DNA of 64,000 bases, from contig NC_045698.1 of the NCBI RefSeq assembly GCF_009834535.1, positions 9,364,001-9,428,000 of the forward strand, given 5' to 3'. Shown one piece after another: positions 41,832 through 54,747 of the stretch. The DNA is from Camelus ferus. Taxonomy: Eukaryota. Numbering within the stretch: position 1 is the first letter of the stretch; every line of letters begins with the position of its first letter. The position numbers and the translations under genes are program-made. The notes beneath the pieces were generated by a model. The model was not told where the DNA came from, ran no database searches, and was given only the letters and a program-made list of their open reading frames with translations.

Positions 41832-42330
41832 CTGATAGCTACAGACACATCCTAAGAATACACTGATTTTTCTTGTCACACTGGAACCCTGAAATTTGGG
41901 TAGGAGAGTTTTGCATTCCAGACAACGAAGTGGCTCAGAAAATCATCTAGGAACACCTAGAGGTTTTATATTTCATGTAACAGAATTAACATTTTTTAAC
42001 AAACTTCACTGAAATGCTGTTTGGTAAATTGCTCCTCTCTAAGCAGTACTTTTAACTGAGAAAAAAATTGCTTAACTTGATTTACCGTAATTTCAGAAGA
42101 CGGCACAAGTTCATGCAGTTTCAATTTCATCAGCTCTTACAGGATCTTACTGGTGCAACTTCACTGACTCGGAGCACTTAGCAACCCTGGGGCCTGGAGA
42201 GAAAGACACTTGGAAATATACTCGTACATGGACCATGATTTCTTTTTTCCATTTTAAACAAATATTATAAGGGAGAATAAAATGTATTGCTTACAGTTTA
42301 ATGCTTTTTGAAGCAAATAAATCTACTTTA

Positions 42331-42468
42331 TTTATTGTTTTGTTGTAGGGGGAGGAAATTAGGTTTATTTATTTATTTTTACTTTTTTAGGGGAGGGACT
42401 GGGAATTGAACCCAGGACCTCATGCATGCTAAGTATGTACTCTACCACTGAGCTATACCCCCCCCCCC
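42331..42468 (-). mobile_element. Camelid tRNA-derived SINE (Vic-1 type)
   Basis: Reverse complement gggtatagctcagtggtagagtacatacttagcatgcatgaggtcctgggttcaattccc shows A and B boxes. Approximate TSD taaatctacttta / taaattcacttta. Confidence 0.92.
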
Positions 42469-42664
42469 TTAAATTCACTTTATATCGATTTCAAAGAGAA
42501 ATTTATTTATTTTTTCTTCTCTGGTACCCCACTACCCCCCTAAAAAGGGAATCACATTTAAATAGATGTTTGAGAAAACAAAACTTTTATACATGCTTTC
42601 ATAAAACATTAAATTTAAAAGAATCTAACAATATAGGAATGCTACTTATCTGCCTAGATCATCT

Positions 42665-43940
42665 GATCTAAAACATATTTTTTGGTCTAGGGAATATTAT
42701 ATAATAAAACAAATTGAGACTGCAAATCTAAAAGGGTTTTTGTTTATGTAAGTTATATATGCTATTATCTACCATATTAGAAACTAAAATGAAGACATTT
42801 AAAAACTTTATTAATTTATTATAAATAACAGCAAAATACATTTTATGTTAATATAAATAATGTATCTGTATTAAAATTACTATATATTACTGTACTCTTC
42901 TCAAAATAAAAAAAGAAAAGGGGAATCATTTTATTATTTTACACATTTCCTTAACGTCTGGTTTAACAGGCAGAACAGGGGTATCAGACCTGCTTGTACA
43001 TTCCATCTGTCACCTCCCACATATATGTAGCTAGAAAAACAGGAATATTTTGAACGAAATTTTAGACAAATACGGGTATTCTTTTTTGCTTTTACAACAA
43101 AGTTTAACAGGTTGTGGTTTCTTAAAGTTTAACGGCAATGTAGAATCTGAATCTGATCAATGTACTTTTTATATCCTGTTACATTAAAATTCATTTTCTT
43201 GAACTCTGAATGGATCAATCACCCATCTATGATTTGGAGGTTTTTTTTTTTAATCTTTTTGAGAAAATTTTTGGTAGGAGGAGGTATTTAAGTATTTATT
43301 TATTTATCTATAATGGAGGTACTGGGGATTGAACCCAGGACCTTATGCACGCTAAGCATGCACTCTACCGCTGAGCTGTACTCTACTCTCACCCATGTAT
43401 GATTTTGTAATGTCATTTATTGGTCATTTGAAATATGTTGGTACACTGAATTATGCAAATAATCAACATGTTGACACATTTTATTATTTAGTATCAAGAC
43501 CACATTTTTTAATATCACAAATGATCCAGTCAGAAAAAGTATCTGAGAATCAAGAATCTCTCAAGTTCAGGAGGATGGATACAAGTTTTCAAAAATTCTA
43601 ATTTTCACTTGAAATGTCCAATGTCATCACTGTCCTTGAAGTGGCAATCACACTTCACTGATAATTTCAAGAAAATGCCTTTCAAATAACCTAAGTTTGA
43701 ATAACTGCTGTGAACGTCAGTCCTTCTTTAAAACAAAAATTGCGTTTCATGTCAATCATTGCTTAAAATTTAAAAGTATTTTTTCATGACAAAAGCAGCT
43801 AGTGTAGCTCACCTCTCGAAGAGTTGCGTAAGTGCTTCTACTCAGGCAAGACAAGGACCATATTTCATTTTGTAGCAAATTTGCTTAGTTTGTATTTCCC
43901 ATTTGGCTCATAGAATTTTGAAAAGACATGTACCCAAGGG
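42665..43940. mobile_element. hAT-Charlie (Charlie1-like) DNA transposon remnant
   Basis: tttttggtct...aaagggtttttgtttatgtaagttatat...taccatattagaaactaaaa matches the Charlie1 terminal region; later aaaagcagctagtgtagctcac. Confidence 0.7.
43236..43388 (-). mobile_element. Camelid tRNA-derived SINE (Vic-1 type) with 17-bp TSD, inside Charlie1
   Basis: Reverse complement tacagctcagcggtagagtgcatgcttagcgtgcataaggtcctgggttcaatccccagtacctcc. TSD tcacccatctatgattt (43219-43235) / tcacccatgtatgattt (43389-43405). Confidence 0.93.
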
Positions 43941-46194
43941 TCACTCGAGTGTTACTCTCCAGAATAGTAGAGAGAGTAAAGGGAAGCTTCTAAATTAAAA
44001 GAGTTAGAAAATGGTAAAATATTAATTCATAAAGTGAAGTTTCCTGTACATCTCACTTCATCATGTTGAATGATATTTTTACCTCCTATTTTGTCAAAAT
44101 AGCTTTCAAAAAAACTAGTTCTATACGGGAAAATTTAAATTTTCAATTTTTATCAGAATTGCTCAATCTTCTATCATGTTGTTGGAATAAGTACTCCATC
44201 TCTTAAGGTGATTTGATTCTTTTGTACTTGGACTTATAGAATGCAAATCTGATTTTGATATTAGCAATTTATCACAAACATTATCATTAAGTTCCCTGGG
44301 TCATATTATCCACACAGTTTGCATTGTCTCTACACATTTTTAAGATGTGCATGGATGAGAATAAATGTTGAGAATGAGAAAAAGTTTCTAATTAGCCTTA
44401 ATTTTCTAACTACCTTTGATTACAGCTAAAATTCACTAAAGAATTTCATCAGTATTCAAAAAACTATTCTGTGGATATCTTCTCAGTTCTTTCATAATAT
44501 ATTTGATTTGTTGCTTAATTTGAACTCTTTTTAGTAAAATGTATAGACGTGCTCAGATTTATGCTGATAAAGCTGAATAAAATAAATGAACACAAATAAA
44601 GATAAGATCATAGTCCCTCAGGTTATTTGTGTTGAATACAAGGCAATAGAAGTATTTATTATAACTTTGTTAATTAGTTCAAGTATCCATTTATTTCCTA
44701 CAAAGGTCAATGTTTAAATTCAGAAAGAATTTGTGAGAAAATTGCTAAACTATGTTCTTGAGAAAATGCAAAGAGTTGAGGTCAGATGATGAGTAAGAGA
44801 AAAGTTTACAGGTAAGTTTTCCCAGTTAAGAAGTGTAGGTGGAAGGAAGCTAAGATATGTACAATTATGACTGTGGATTGAAAGAAAAACAGAAAAAAAT
44901 TTCTACCACCATATTAGTATTAATAGCAACAAACAAGTAGAAAATAAAAAAATTAGAATCAAAAAACAATTTGCTATTTTTCCCTAAATGACTTAAATCC
45001 CATCAACGTTAAATACAGAATAGATTTCTTTGAAGGCATAGCAGCAAGGGCAAACAGCTGCAGAGTTGATTTTAAGCTAATAGTTTTAAATCATTTATTA
45101 TTTTACTGAATAGTTGGCTGGGGAGTTAATTTAGAGCAGTATTTGTCTGGATGCGCAGTGTTGGCGAGAATCACCGTGGATGAATTTAATAGAAGAGGGT
45201 CTCACTGGGAGGCAAATGGCTTTATTCACTCTACAACCAATCAGAGCACTTCTAACAGCCTAAGCGTGGCACGGGGCTTACCAGGAAGCAAAATAACAGT
45301 GGTACAGGGTGCTGAGCCTCCCTTCTGAGGCAATAATTAGTCATAAAATTCACACTGGAGGAAAAGTAATTAATGACCAGGAATTGGTGCTTATAGGCTG
45401 CTTCATCTGCAAAGGGGCCACTAGACCAAGATTCTGGATTTAAGATTTGCTTGCCAGTTGGTAGTCAGCCAATATCTAGCCCACATTTGCCTTGGAAAAC
45501 TTCCAATCATCTTCACCTTTAGCATTCTCTAGTCCTCAGGAGTCCCCCTATGTCATGGTAACTGCATTTCTTCCCCTGCTGTCTCCCAGGCGGGCTCATG
45601 AGAACCGAGAACTCCAGAAAGTTACCTAAAAGGTAATCCTCTCACAAAAGCGATCTAATAAAAACAAACAGAAAGGACCAGGGAAAAAAAATGTAATTCT
45701 TATGAAGAAAACATAATTAAATTTAGCATTGCACTAGCTTTATTAAGTTGAAAGAATACTAACTCAAATTCTAAAAAATACAAATAACAATAATAATATG
45801 TTGTATTATATCTATATAATTATATAGATATAATGTCCCTTCATTGTTAAGGAAAAATGCACATCTGAGGGTCTGAAGAATTTTGGTACATAGATTGTTT
45901 TGTTTTATTACACACTTCTGCTCTGCAATATCTAATTTTGCACTTCTTAGATAAGTGACCAGTAAAAAACATCAAGAAACATCAGAACCATGGGGTCCTT
46001 TAGGTGTATGCAATAGTTACAATTATATACGTGTGTGTAAAACATATTATTGAAAAATTTTTAAACTTCACAATGTATATTCCTTTACAAGTAAGCTGTC
46101 TTTGACACCAGGCCTGTTTTTTGTCAATGGCAAACTTCACCTATTGTTGAAAATATCATAATTTCCTTCATTTTTGTGGCTAAGTGGTATTCCT

Positions 46195-46224
46195 CTGTGT
46201 GAGTGTGTGTGTGAGTGTGTGTGT

Positions 46225-46256
<32 letters not shown>
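46195..46256. repeat. Interrupted (GT)n microsatellite
   Basis: Read directly. Confidence 0.95.
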
Positions 46257-48429
46257 TTGGGAAGGGAATGGTAGACTATCTAGATGGAAACTTACTTACA
46301 AAAACTTCAATGAAGAGATTTCACTGGGTTTTCTAGACAGAGAAGCAAACTAATAAACAGATGACCTGAGTCAAAGATAGCCAAGCCTTCTGCATTAAGC
46401 ATGTTTCTTATTAAAATTTGATGCCTGCTTTGTGTTTTCACAAACAGTAACAGTTCTTTTCAATCTGTGTGGTGAAGACAAGGAAAAGTTACCTGATTCT
46501 GCCCACACAATTCTGCACTTGAGTCTGGCCAGTTTGGTTCTCAGCCGAAACCATTCAATAACCCAACCAAACTGAGGCTCCCTCAAACCTCAAGGCTAGA
46601 CTTCAAGTACATCAGTGAGCTTACGATTCTTTTGTACAATTTGTCTATACATTAACTACGTTTGTCAGTTAATTCTGTGATCCACGTTCCATGGGCTCTG
46701 ACGCTTATGGTCCAACAGTAATATCTTTCTCATATTACAGGCATGTGTACAGTCTTTCCCAGAAACTAGTTTAGCTCACAAGAAGAAAAATAAGGAATGC
46801 TATGGATCTTTCTGACCAGAGATGCTGCAGAGAAATCTCTTCTACAATTCTTTTACGGGAAGAGACCAGTGATATTTCCAGGTAAAAGAAAAAGAAAAAA
46901 TAGTTGAAAAAGAATTGTTCAATTCAAATCATGTGTTCTAAAACATTATGCAGAGCAATGACAATAGTTCTGAAGTTTGGTCTTGAGGTAATATTAATGC
47001 CCCCAAAATGACCATTTAAAACATAATTCAAAGAAGAATGTGATTCACCACTTAGAGATAGTGGTGGATATTGAATGGTAAGGGGAGGAAAGGTGAAATG
47101 CAGGTGGAATATCCTCTCACACCTACATTAAAATTACTTTTCACTTCTCTTCTAATCACCAGATAAGAAAAATAAAAACAAAACATGTTCCTTAGGTAGT
47201 TTCTGGCAAAAAAAAAAAAATGAAGGCTGTTCTTGTGGAAGCATAACCTCTGTTTTGAATGGTCATATTAATTATCAGAAACCCTGCTTCCAAATTCATG
47301 AGATTTATGCTTAACTTTCTTCATTGAAAACTTGACATGTTTCTAAACAAAGTTTTATGAGGACTAAGTAAGTGCTTATGAACTTTGTTTTCAATGCATT
47401 GTCACATATGAGCTGTTTGTAAATAAGAATTCTGGATTCCTAATGCCCCCATTTTTCTTCTTTATTTGAACTCTCGATTTCTCAGCTCATTTGCTCCCAA
47501 GGTCTCCAAACACTACTGGCCTTATAAGGTCTCACCCAAATACTGCCTAACGCCCATATACCACGTTCAACCATTCCAATGGCAAGAATAATATTTAGTT
47601 CTTCCTTTATGAGTGAAAACTTAGCACTGACCTATGACAATACTGTCTATCATCTGCCTTCTATAAACCACCTGCATCCATCAGTAAATCTCTTTGGGAT
47701 GGATCGTTACTGAACTAGAATATGACAGATACCTGCAATCCTGCGTCTGCTGTGTTTGCCACCCATTTCTCATCCCACTCTTTACAGCTGTTAATTGATA
47801 ATAGAACGTAAAATGATTGTCATATTCAAATCCTGTCCAAATATACATCCCCAGTGGTTCCCTTGTCCTGTGATAGTTTTCTTCGGTGACCCTGACCTGT
47901 AGAGATTTCTGTCTTTTCCCCCAGGGCAGTTTCATTTACGGCTCCCAGCATAAACTTAATCACATACATTTAAATTCAATAGTTGTTCTCTGTGTAAATT
48001 ACTTCCCCAGCAGTGCTTAATCTCCTTGTCAGTAGGACTATGTTATTTTTCCTGTGTATTCCATGAAGCATCTAGAATATTACTCAGTAGGTACTTGAAA
48101 AGGTTGATAGATTTGATTTAGTAATGTCATAAAAGGGAAATTATAAAGAATATTTAATCTCTTCAACTGTTAGTTTTCTAGACTCAAGTTCTTATTTGTA
48201 TGTAAGTTGCTAAACTGTAAACTCCCGGGAACCGGAGAATGCATCCTATGGATACATGTGCCCCCTCAGCACCCATCGCAGTGCCCTCTAAGTTAGCATG
48301 TGAGCTGGATGAAGCAAGGCTGTTGATTCTTTCTTTCACTTCTACAACCTGACACGTTGTCCATACCATACCATGGACCCTAGATAAACGCTTGTTGAAT
48401 GAAGAAAGTGAGTTTTATTAGATAATTCC

Positions 48430-48950
48430 TGGGATGTCTTCCTAGTCCACATTCCTTTTTTCTGTGAACCCCTCCTCCCTAACCAAAGGTGGGTCCCTTA
48501 GGCAGTGATGTACCTCCTATTTTTGCCATAACTGATTGAACCTATAGGACAAACCTGGTACACAACTAGCCAGTCAGATTCCCCTGTATTTTTGCTGAAA
48601 TATTAGTTCTGGGACAACAGAGTACCTTGCAGCAACCAAAGCTTGTGGGTATAGTGGATTGCAGGCCACATGCTACCATGGCAACAGATGGCATTACTCT
48701 CAAGCACAATGGCTCTAAGGAGCAGAGAATTCAGTCTGTGGAGAGAGATGCAGCAAAGGCCAAGAGGAGGAGAGTCAAGAGACCAGGAGACCAAGAGACC
48801 AAGCTTTGCCCATTTTCTGGCTCTACCCCTAATCCCTTGAGAAGTTGGCTCATCTCCTACCCTGTTTCCGTGAGCCTCTCCTAGGAAGTAATAAGCTAGC
48901 CCTCAAGGTTTCCTGTTACTTATCATGTCACCAAAAATATTTGACTAATT
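48430..48950 (+). mobile_element. Old MaLR-like LTR, degraded
   Basis: GC-elevated block with ctagccagtcagattcc, ctaccatggca, gtttcctgttactt...ttgactaat. Confidence 0.4.
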
Positions 48951-50069
48951 TAAAATATTCAATAAAAACTATGTAATAGAGATTGAATTAAGAAGACATT
49001 GAGGGTATTTTAACTGGTAGTCAGCGGACTGGGACCCCTGCTGCAGCTCTGCCGGAGGCTGTGGCTGCACTTCATATTAGCTCATCCATTGGTGTATCAA
49101 GAATGCTGAGCCAGACGACGTCCTTCAGTGCTCCTCTCCCCCAGCGTCTGTGAGCCTGCCATGACACCAGTCACTTTGATGAAAACTGTAATGTTCAATT
49201 AGCCAAGGATTCCCCAATACCCAGGTATTTTATCACATGTGAAGGACATATCTAGATATTTATAGCATTCTTTAGTTTTCGCCTAGATGGTTTAAATTAA
49301 ATTGGTGCAGTCTCCTTTCAAATTCACTTTTTAGCTCTTCACGCTCATGCAGCACCAGACTTTCTTTCTTTCCTTCCTGGGATCTTTCCAGATAATATTC
49401 ATGAAATCAAAACTAAGCTTGAATGAGCTTTGCTAATCCATGTGCGTGGAACACCTGTCTTTTTTTGTATCTACAGAAGGCTCTCTCTCATTAAAAATTT
49501 AGTATCACAATTTTATGTTCTTTTGTTCTGAGTTTATGAAAGTAGCACTCCCAACAAAATTTACAAGATTTCCTGGGCATACGTAAATACAGAAAACTTG
49601 GTACGAGGCCTTGATAGCAATCACTGCAGACCCAAGGGACAGAAACTGAAAAGATAGCACATTGCAAAGAACCCAATAAACATTTATCATTGCATCTTAA
49701 TAACCCTTTTCATGCTGACATCTATAAAGTTGTATAATAGTTTTTTTAGGTTAAATCACAGTTGTTAAAGTTTGGAAAAAAGTGCCTTTTGAACTCTTAG
49801 CTCATTCTGCTCTTTTCTTTCCCCTGTTAAACAGCTGCAGAATGTCTCCTGACTCAAATCAAAGAGCATGTATAAAACTATATTTATGTGATACAGCAAC
49901 TTTTGCTGCCTAAAAATGCTTTAAACATTCTCTCAGAGCTTTGCCCATAATACTTTGTTCATGTAGCTATCTATCTTCATGTCTTTCCAGGACAACTCCT
50001 GTTAAAAAGATGGCAGAACTACCTTCCTGCCCCTGAGCTCATCATTAGAAGCACAGCAAAGACATGAGG

Positions 50070-50463
50070 ATTTCTTTTTGTTTTCTTTTTGGTTTTTTAT
50101 TGAAGTATAGTCAGTTTACAGTGTTGTGTCAATTTCTGGCATACAGCATGATGTTTCAGTCATACATACACATACATATATTCGTTTTCATATTCTTTTT
50201 CATTATAGGTTACCACAAGATATTGAATATAGGTCCCTGTGCTATACAGTATTAACTTGTTTATCTATTTTATATATAGTGGTTAATATCTGCAAATCTC
50301 GAACTCCTAATTTATTCCTTCCCACCCTCTTTCCCCTTGGAAACATGAGTTTGTTTTCTGTCTGTGAGTCCATTTCTGTTTTGTAAATAAATTCATTTAT
50401 GTCCTTTTTTTTTTTTTTTTGACTACACATATGAGTGATATCATATGGTATTTGTCTTTTTCC
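50070..50463 (-). mobile_element. L1 3' UTR fragment plus extreme ORF2 C-terminus (camelid-type)
   Basis: ttgaagtatagtcagtttacagtgttgtgtc...; the minus-strand translation includes EKDKYHMISLIC, the L1 ORF2 C-terminus. Confidence 0.92.
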
Positions 50464-51254
50464 GGCCATAAGCCAATTTCTAACCTCCTGAGAGCCAACC
50501 CATCGGAGCACCCAGACTCATTTTCATGCAGTAGAATAATTACATGGGTGGCTGACAGAAAGGGAGTTGGAAGAGCTGGCTGAATACCATGTATGAGGAG
50601 GGAAACCAAGAGATATGTTAAAATGAGGATTCAAAAGAAATCATAGCAAATATGTGCATAGAACACCAGATAGTTTAGTTTGGCTGAGTTAGTATTGCAT
50701 GAAGTGTGAGTAGGGAATAAATCTGGAAATTCAGATTAGAACCAGATTATAGATGGCATTGATTACCAGGCTAAGGAACCCAAAACTCAAACTATGCGAA
50801 AGACGTCTCTGATGATTTTCAAGCAGAGAACTGCCTGAGAGCAATGGAGACATAATAACAATATTAACTTCATTTACTGTTTCATAATCATCTACACTGG
50901 ACATGGTATGCATGGAAAATAAAGATTAAGGCATAGTACTTGCCTTTAAGAGAAAAGAATACACACAATACAAAGTTAAATAATGAATAAAATATACCTA
51001 TACTATAAGATAGAAATGGTTAACTTCTATAAGAAAGGATCAAAATACTTTGGGAATCTTATCAGCATCATACATTCCTTGCCTCTGTATCTTTTCTCTT
51101 CTAGTCACTGATTCCATGTGGTTCACTGCCAATTCTTTCTTGCCAACTCAGAAGCCAAGATTACTTTAGATGAAAATGATCAAATCACCTTTAGCCCAAT
51201 ACTCTGAGACTTAGCAAAAAAATTAACCTTACCACTCATGCTTAATTAATGTTA

Positions 51255-51500
51255 CTGCTCATGTTAATAGCCATTGAACATACCATAGATGCAAAGCATA
51301 TTCCTAATCATTTTACAAGACTTATCTCATTTAATCTTTCCCAAAACACTACATGGTAAGTTTTCTTATCAATTTCTTTTTTTTTTTTAACATTTTTTAT
51401 TGAGTTATAATCATTTTACAATGTTGTGTCAATCTTATCGATTTCTAAGATAAGACTGAGAGATATTAAACAATTTGGCCAAGATGCAAAAATGTATGCT
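51255..51500 (-). mobile_element. MIR SINE (host of the 55-bp L1 tip)
   Basis: ttatctcatttaatctt...aagactgagagatattaaacaatttggccaag. Confidence 0.6.
51378..51432 (-). mobile_element. 55-bp L1 3' tip with 14-bp TSD, inserted in a MIR
   Basis: Poly-T plus aacattttttattgagttataatcattttacaatgttgtgtcaa, flanked by tcttatcaatttct (51364-51377) and tcttatcgatttct (51433-51446). Confidence 0.85.
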
Positions 51501-51779
51501 TTTAGCTCTTAGCCAACACATAAACTGCATACTCTGCAGTTTAAAATATAACCTCAGATCTGAAATCAAAAGCCCTCACATTGCCCTTAGTTTCTGCTTT
51601 TCCCCTGGGATCTCATCTCTCCCTTATGCTCAGATTCTGTCTAGTCCCTGTGGTATGCTGAATCATTGCTCCCTCATCTCCAGTACCCCAACTCATCCTG
51701 GCTCCTATTGTAGAATAGAAACTTCTCCTCAGTTGCCTCTCTCAGGAAGGGCCTCCTTGCCTTGTCTGCTCATCTCCTG

Positions 51780-51955
51780 GGACAAGGGGGTCAAAAGTAA
51801 CCAAGTGGTAGCCATAGATTTAAGTTTAGAAGGACTGCCTTTGCAACCATAGGTGGAAACATTCCCCCTCTTAGAACCAGATCTTCAGAGGTTGAGAGTT
51901 TTGTGAACAAGAAGCACAAATTCCCAGGTGTGCCATTGGGATAATAGTCCTTGGG
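51780..51955 (-). mobile_element. ERV-L dUTPase-region remnant
   Basis: ORF 51791-51982 contains EDLVLRGGMFPPMVAKAVLLNLNLWLPLGYF, resembling ERV-L EVLVPKGGMLPPGDT..VPLNWKLRLPPGHF. Confidence 0.75.
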
Positions 51956-51958
51956 GTA

Positions 51959-52900
51959 CACATTAGTCTGATGCACTGCCAATACAACATACTATATACA
52001 CCGCATAGCTCAAACAGCAGAAATCATCTTCTCACAGTTCCGGAGGCTGGACAATCCAAAATCAAGCTTCCATGTAGTTAGGTCTTTGGTGAGAGTTCTT
52101 TTCCTGGTTTTCAGGTGGCTGCCTTCTTGCTGTGTCCTCATTTGGCAAAGAGAGTGAGCTCTCTGATGTCTCTTCTTAGAAAGATGCTAATCCCATCAGT
52201 TTAGAGCCCACATTTAACAACTTTACTAATGTATTGACTTCCATAAAGACCCTATCTCCAGATACAGTCACACTGGCAGTTAGGGCTTGAACATGAATTT
52301 TGGGGTCCCACAAACATTCAGAGCATTCTACTCCAGGTCCCCTCAAATTCATGTCCTTCTCACATGCAAAAGGCATTCTTTCCATCCCAACCTCCCCAAA
52401 AATCTTAACGCATTCCAGCATCAACTCTAAAGTCTAAAGTTCAAAGTCTCATCTAAATTTCATCTAAATCAGGTACAGGTGAGACTCAAAGTACACTTCA
52501 TCCCTAGGCAGTTCCTCCCAAACTGTGAACCTGTGAAAACAAACGAATTATGTGCTCCCAAAATAGAATGGCGGGACAGGTATAGGATAGACTTCTCCAT
52601 TCCAAAATGGAGAAATAGGGAAAAAGGAAGGGGTGACAGATCCAAGCAAGTCCAAAACCTAGCAAGGTGAAATCCATTAAAGATCAAGGCTCATCCAAGC
52701 CTCTTTGGCTCAGTTTCCCACCTTCTGCACCAATTGAGGTGGCAGTCCTGCCTTCAAAACCCACTGGCATGGTGGTCTGGCCTTCAAGGCTCTGGGGGGT
52801 GAGGAGGAGAAGGAGAGGATATCCCACCCACAGGGCTCTGCCAGGTGGGGGCCCCATCCCCAAGGCTCTGGTTAGCAGCCGTCTGATCTGTTGAAGCAAA
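51959..52900 (-). mobile_element. MaLR MLT1A-like LTR (to ~52325) plus adjoining MaLR internal sequence, nested in the ERV-L
   Basis: tctcacagttccggaggctgg, gccttcttgctgtgtcctca, cagatacagtcacactggcagttagggctt; internal part caaattcatgtccttctcacatgcaaaa and ccattccaaaatggagaaatagg. Confidence 0.85.
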
Positions 52901-54745
52901 GGCATTCTTGGTTTATCCCCTACCCTGTGCTGTACTTGTGTCTTACCAAGGGCTCCAACAGGCTTGCAACTTCTTGTTCATCTATCCCAACTAATATGAT
53001 GCCATCAACATAGTGGCTTCATGTGACAGTGGGCAGAATAGTCTTAATCACTCCAGACTACATTAAGGCAGAGGGTGAGCCAGTACCACAGCCTGGGGTA
53101 ACACCATAAATGTAAACTCTCACCAACCCCATGCGAAGATGAGCTGCTTCTGACTCTCCTTGGAGGGATGAAAAGTAAGCATCCACACTACCCATGGCTG
53201 CATAGCAGGTGTCTGGAGCTCTATTACTATGCTGTATAATATTACCGTATTTGCCACTGTTTGCACTATGACTTGGGTGAATTACATTGGTACAATGTCT
53301 TCCTCCGGGATCCATCTGGCTTTTTAGTGCCAAATCAGTAAATTTAATGGAGATATGATGGCAGCCATCATCTCTGCAGCTTTTATGTCTTTAAGCATGA
53401 CCATACTCTCTGATATTTCCCCAAGAATGCAACCACTTGTGTTTTATTAACTTAGTCAAGAGGCTGGCAGTTTCAGAGGCTCTCCTGATAGTTTCTAATT
53501 TGATAGTTCTTATCAAGAGGCCCAGTGATTTTTCATTCCATTTGGACGTACAGGAAAGGGGAAATGATCACTGGGTAAGTCTGCAGATCCTCTATGAAAC
53601 AGAACTAGATGAGGGTTCTATTTATTAGCTTCACTATGCTCGCTCCCTAAAAGGGAATCCATGATGAATCTCAGGGTTCCCAAATAACAGTTTCAAGATG
53701 GAACTTTGCCTAATACTTCTCAAAATATCCAGGTACTCTCCCTTTCCCTAGTAGACAGTTGTATGAGCGAAAGTCTGTAGGTCACTTTGGGGAAGGACTG
53801 GGGAATTATTACTACTTTACCCTCATTCGGACCCCAGATTTTCTTTCAGTCTAATAAATTCAGTGTCTGAGAACTATCTTAGATCCAGAAATTATGCAAG
53901 GGATCATGACTTTTCATTGAGGTTCCTGCCCTCTGCCTCCTGATCACCTAGCCTTCACTTCTTCGGGTTATAGATTGAACAATGTCTTTGTTATTTGCTC
54001 TTATACTTTCATTCCCGAGGCTGGTGTGTTCTACTAAGCATATCCAGAGCTCTTTCACGTCAAGCACCCCCAGATGCCATTCTCATCTAGCTATTCATTC
54101 TGACTATTGTGTCCTCCTTAAAACTGCTGAATAAGCACTGTGATGTGGCCTCTGATATTTCAAGATCCTGTCATCTCCATTTCTATCAGACAGTCCAGCA
54201 TTTCCTATTACCAAGATTTTTAATCCTAGTTGGCAACTGCTCCTTAACCAACTTTATAATCCACCCCTCTTGATCCAACCCTTTGACTATCTGAGCCCAA
54301 ATCCATTCTCCCTGCTCCTGCTGGAGCATGTTGTTTAGACCTTGCAACAACTTGGCATATAGTCCCTTCCTGCTCTTTGTAGGCCCAGCTCTTTCCCAGT
54401 TGGGTCAGGAAGGAAGGTGGAATTAAATCTTGATGGAGCTATACGTGGTCTTGCAAGGCAGAAGCCTCTGCAGTGTCTTGAAGATAGGGAAGAATGCAAA
54501 CCTCTCATAGGGAAGAGTGGGATATTTCTGCAGAATTAAAAGGTTCAGGAGAATCCAGGAACTCAAGGCTTTGAGGGCATCAATCCAGATGTTCCAAGTA
54601 TAAGGGTCTCACTCCTTCACAATCAGGGTCCTGCCTCTGGCATACCAGATCTGCAAATATTGAAGATTCAGCCAACTCTGGAGTTCTGCCACTCTTATCA
54701 ACGAGACCTGAGCCAGATCATCATCATTTTCTGCTTTCTAACTGC
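52900..54745 (-). mobile_element. ERV-L (class III) internal remnant: gag, pro and RT
   Basis: Minus-strand translations: RTLIVKE*DPYTW (gag, cf. RALIGKEWDPETW); APDTCYAAMGSVDAYFSS (RT, cf. PGTWYAAIDLANAFFS); HYVDGIILVGIDEQEVASLLEPLVRH (cf. HYIDDIMLIG..EQEVA) with YVDG at 53001-53012. Confidence 0.85.
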
Positions 54746-54747
54746 CT

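Noticed and set aside
42151..42193. Minus-strand 43-nt exon-like segment (PRVAKCSESVKLH)
   Set aside because: Peptide unrecognised; phases do not chain with the other candidates.
42331..43388. tRNA genes
   Set aside because: The A/B-box sequences carry AT-rich tails and TSDs, so they are tRNA-derived SINEs rather than tRNAs.
46302..46334. Minus-strand 33-nt exon-like segment (KPSEISSLKF)
   Set aside because: Weak exonic donor context (TTT|gt) and no supporting homology.
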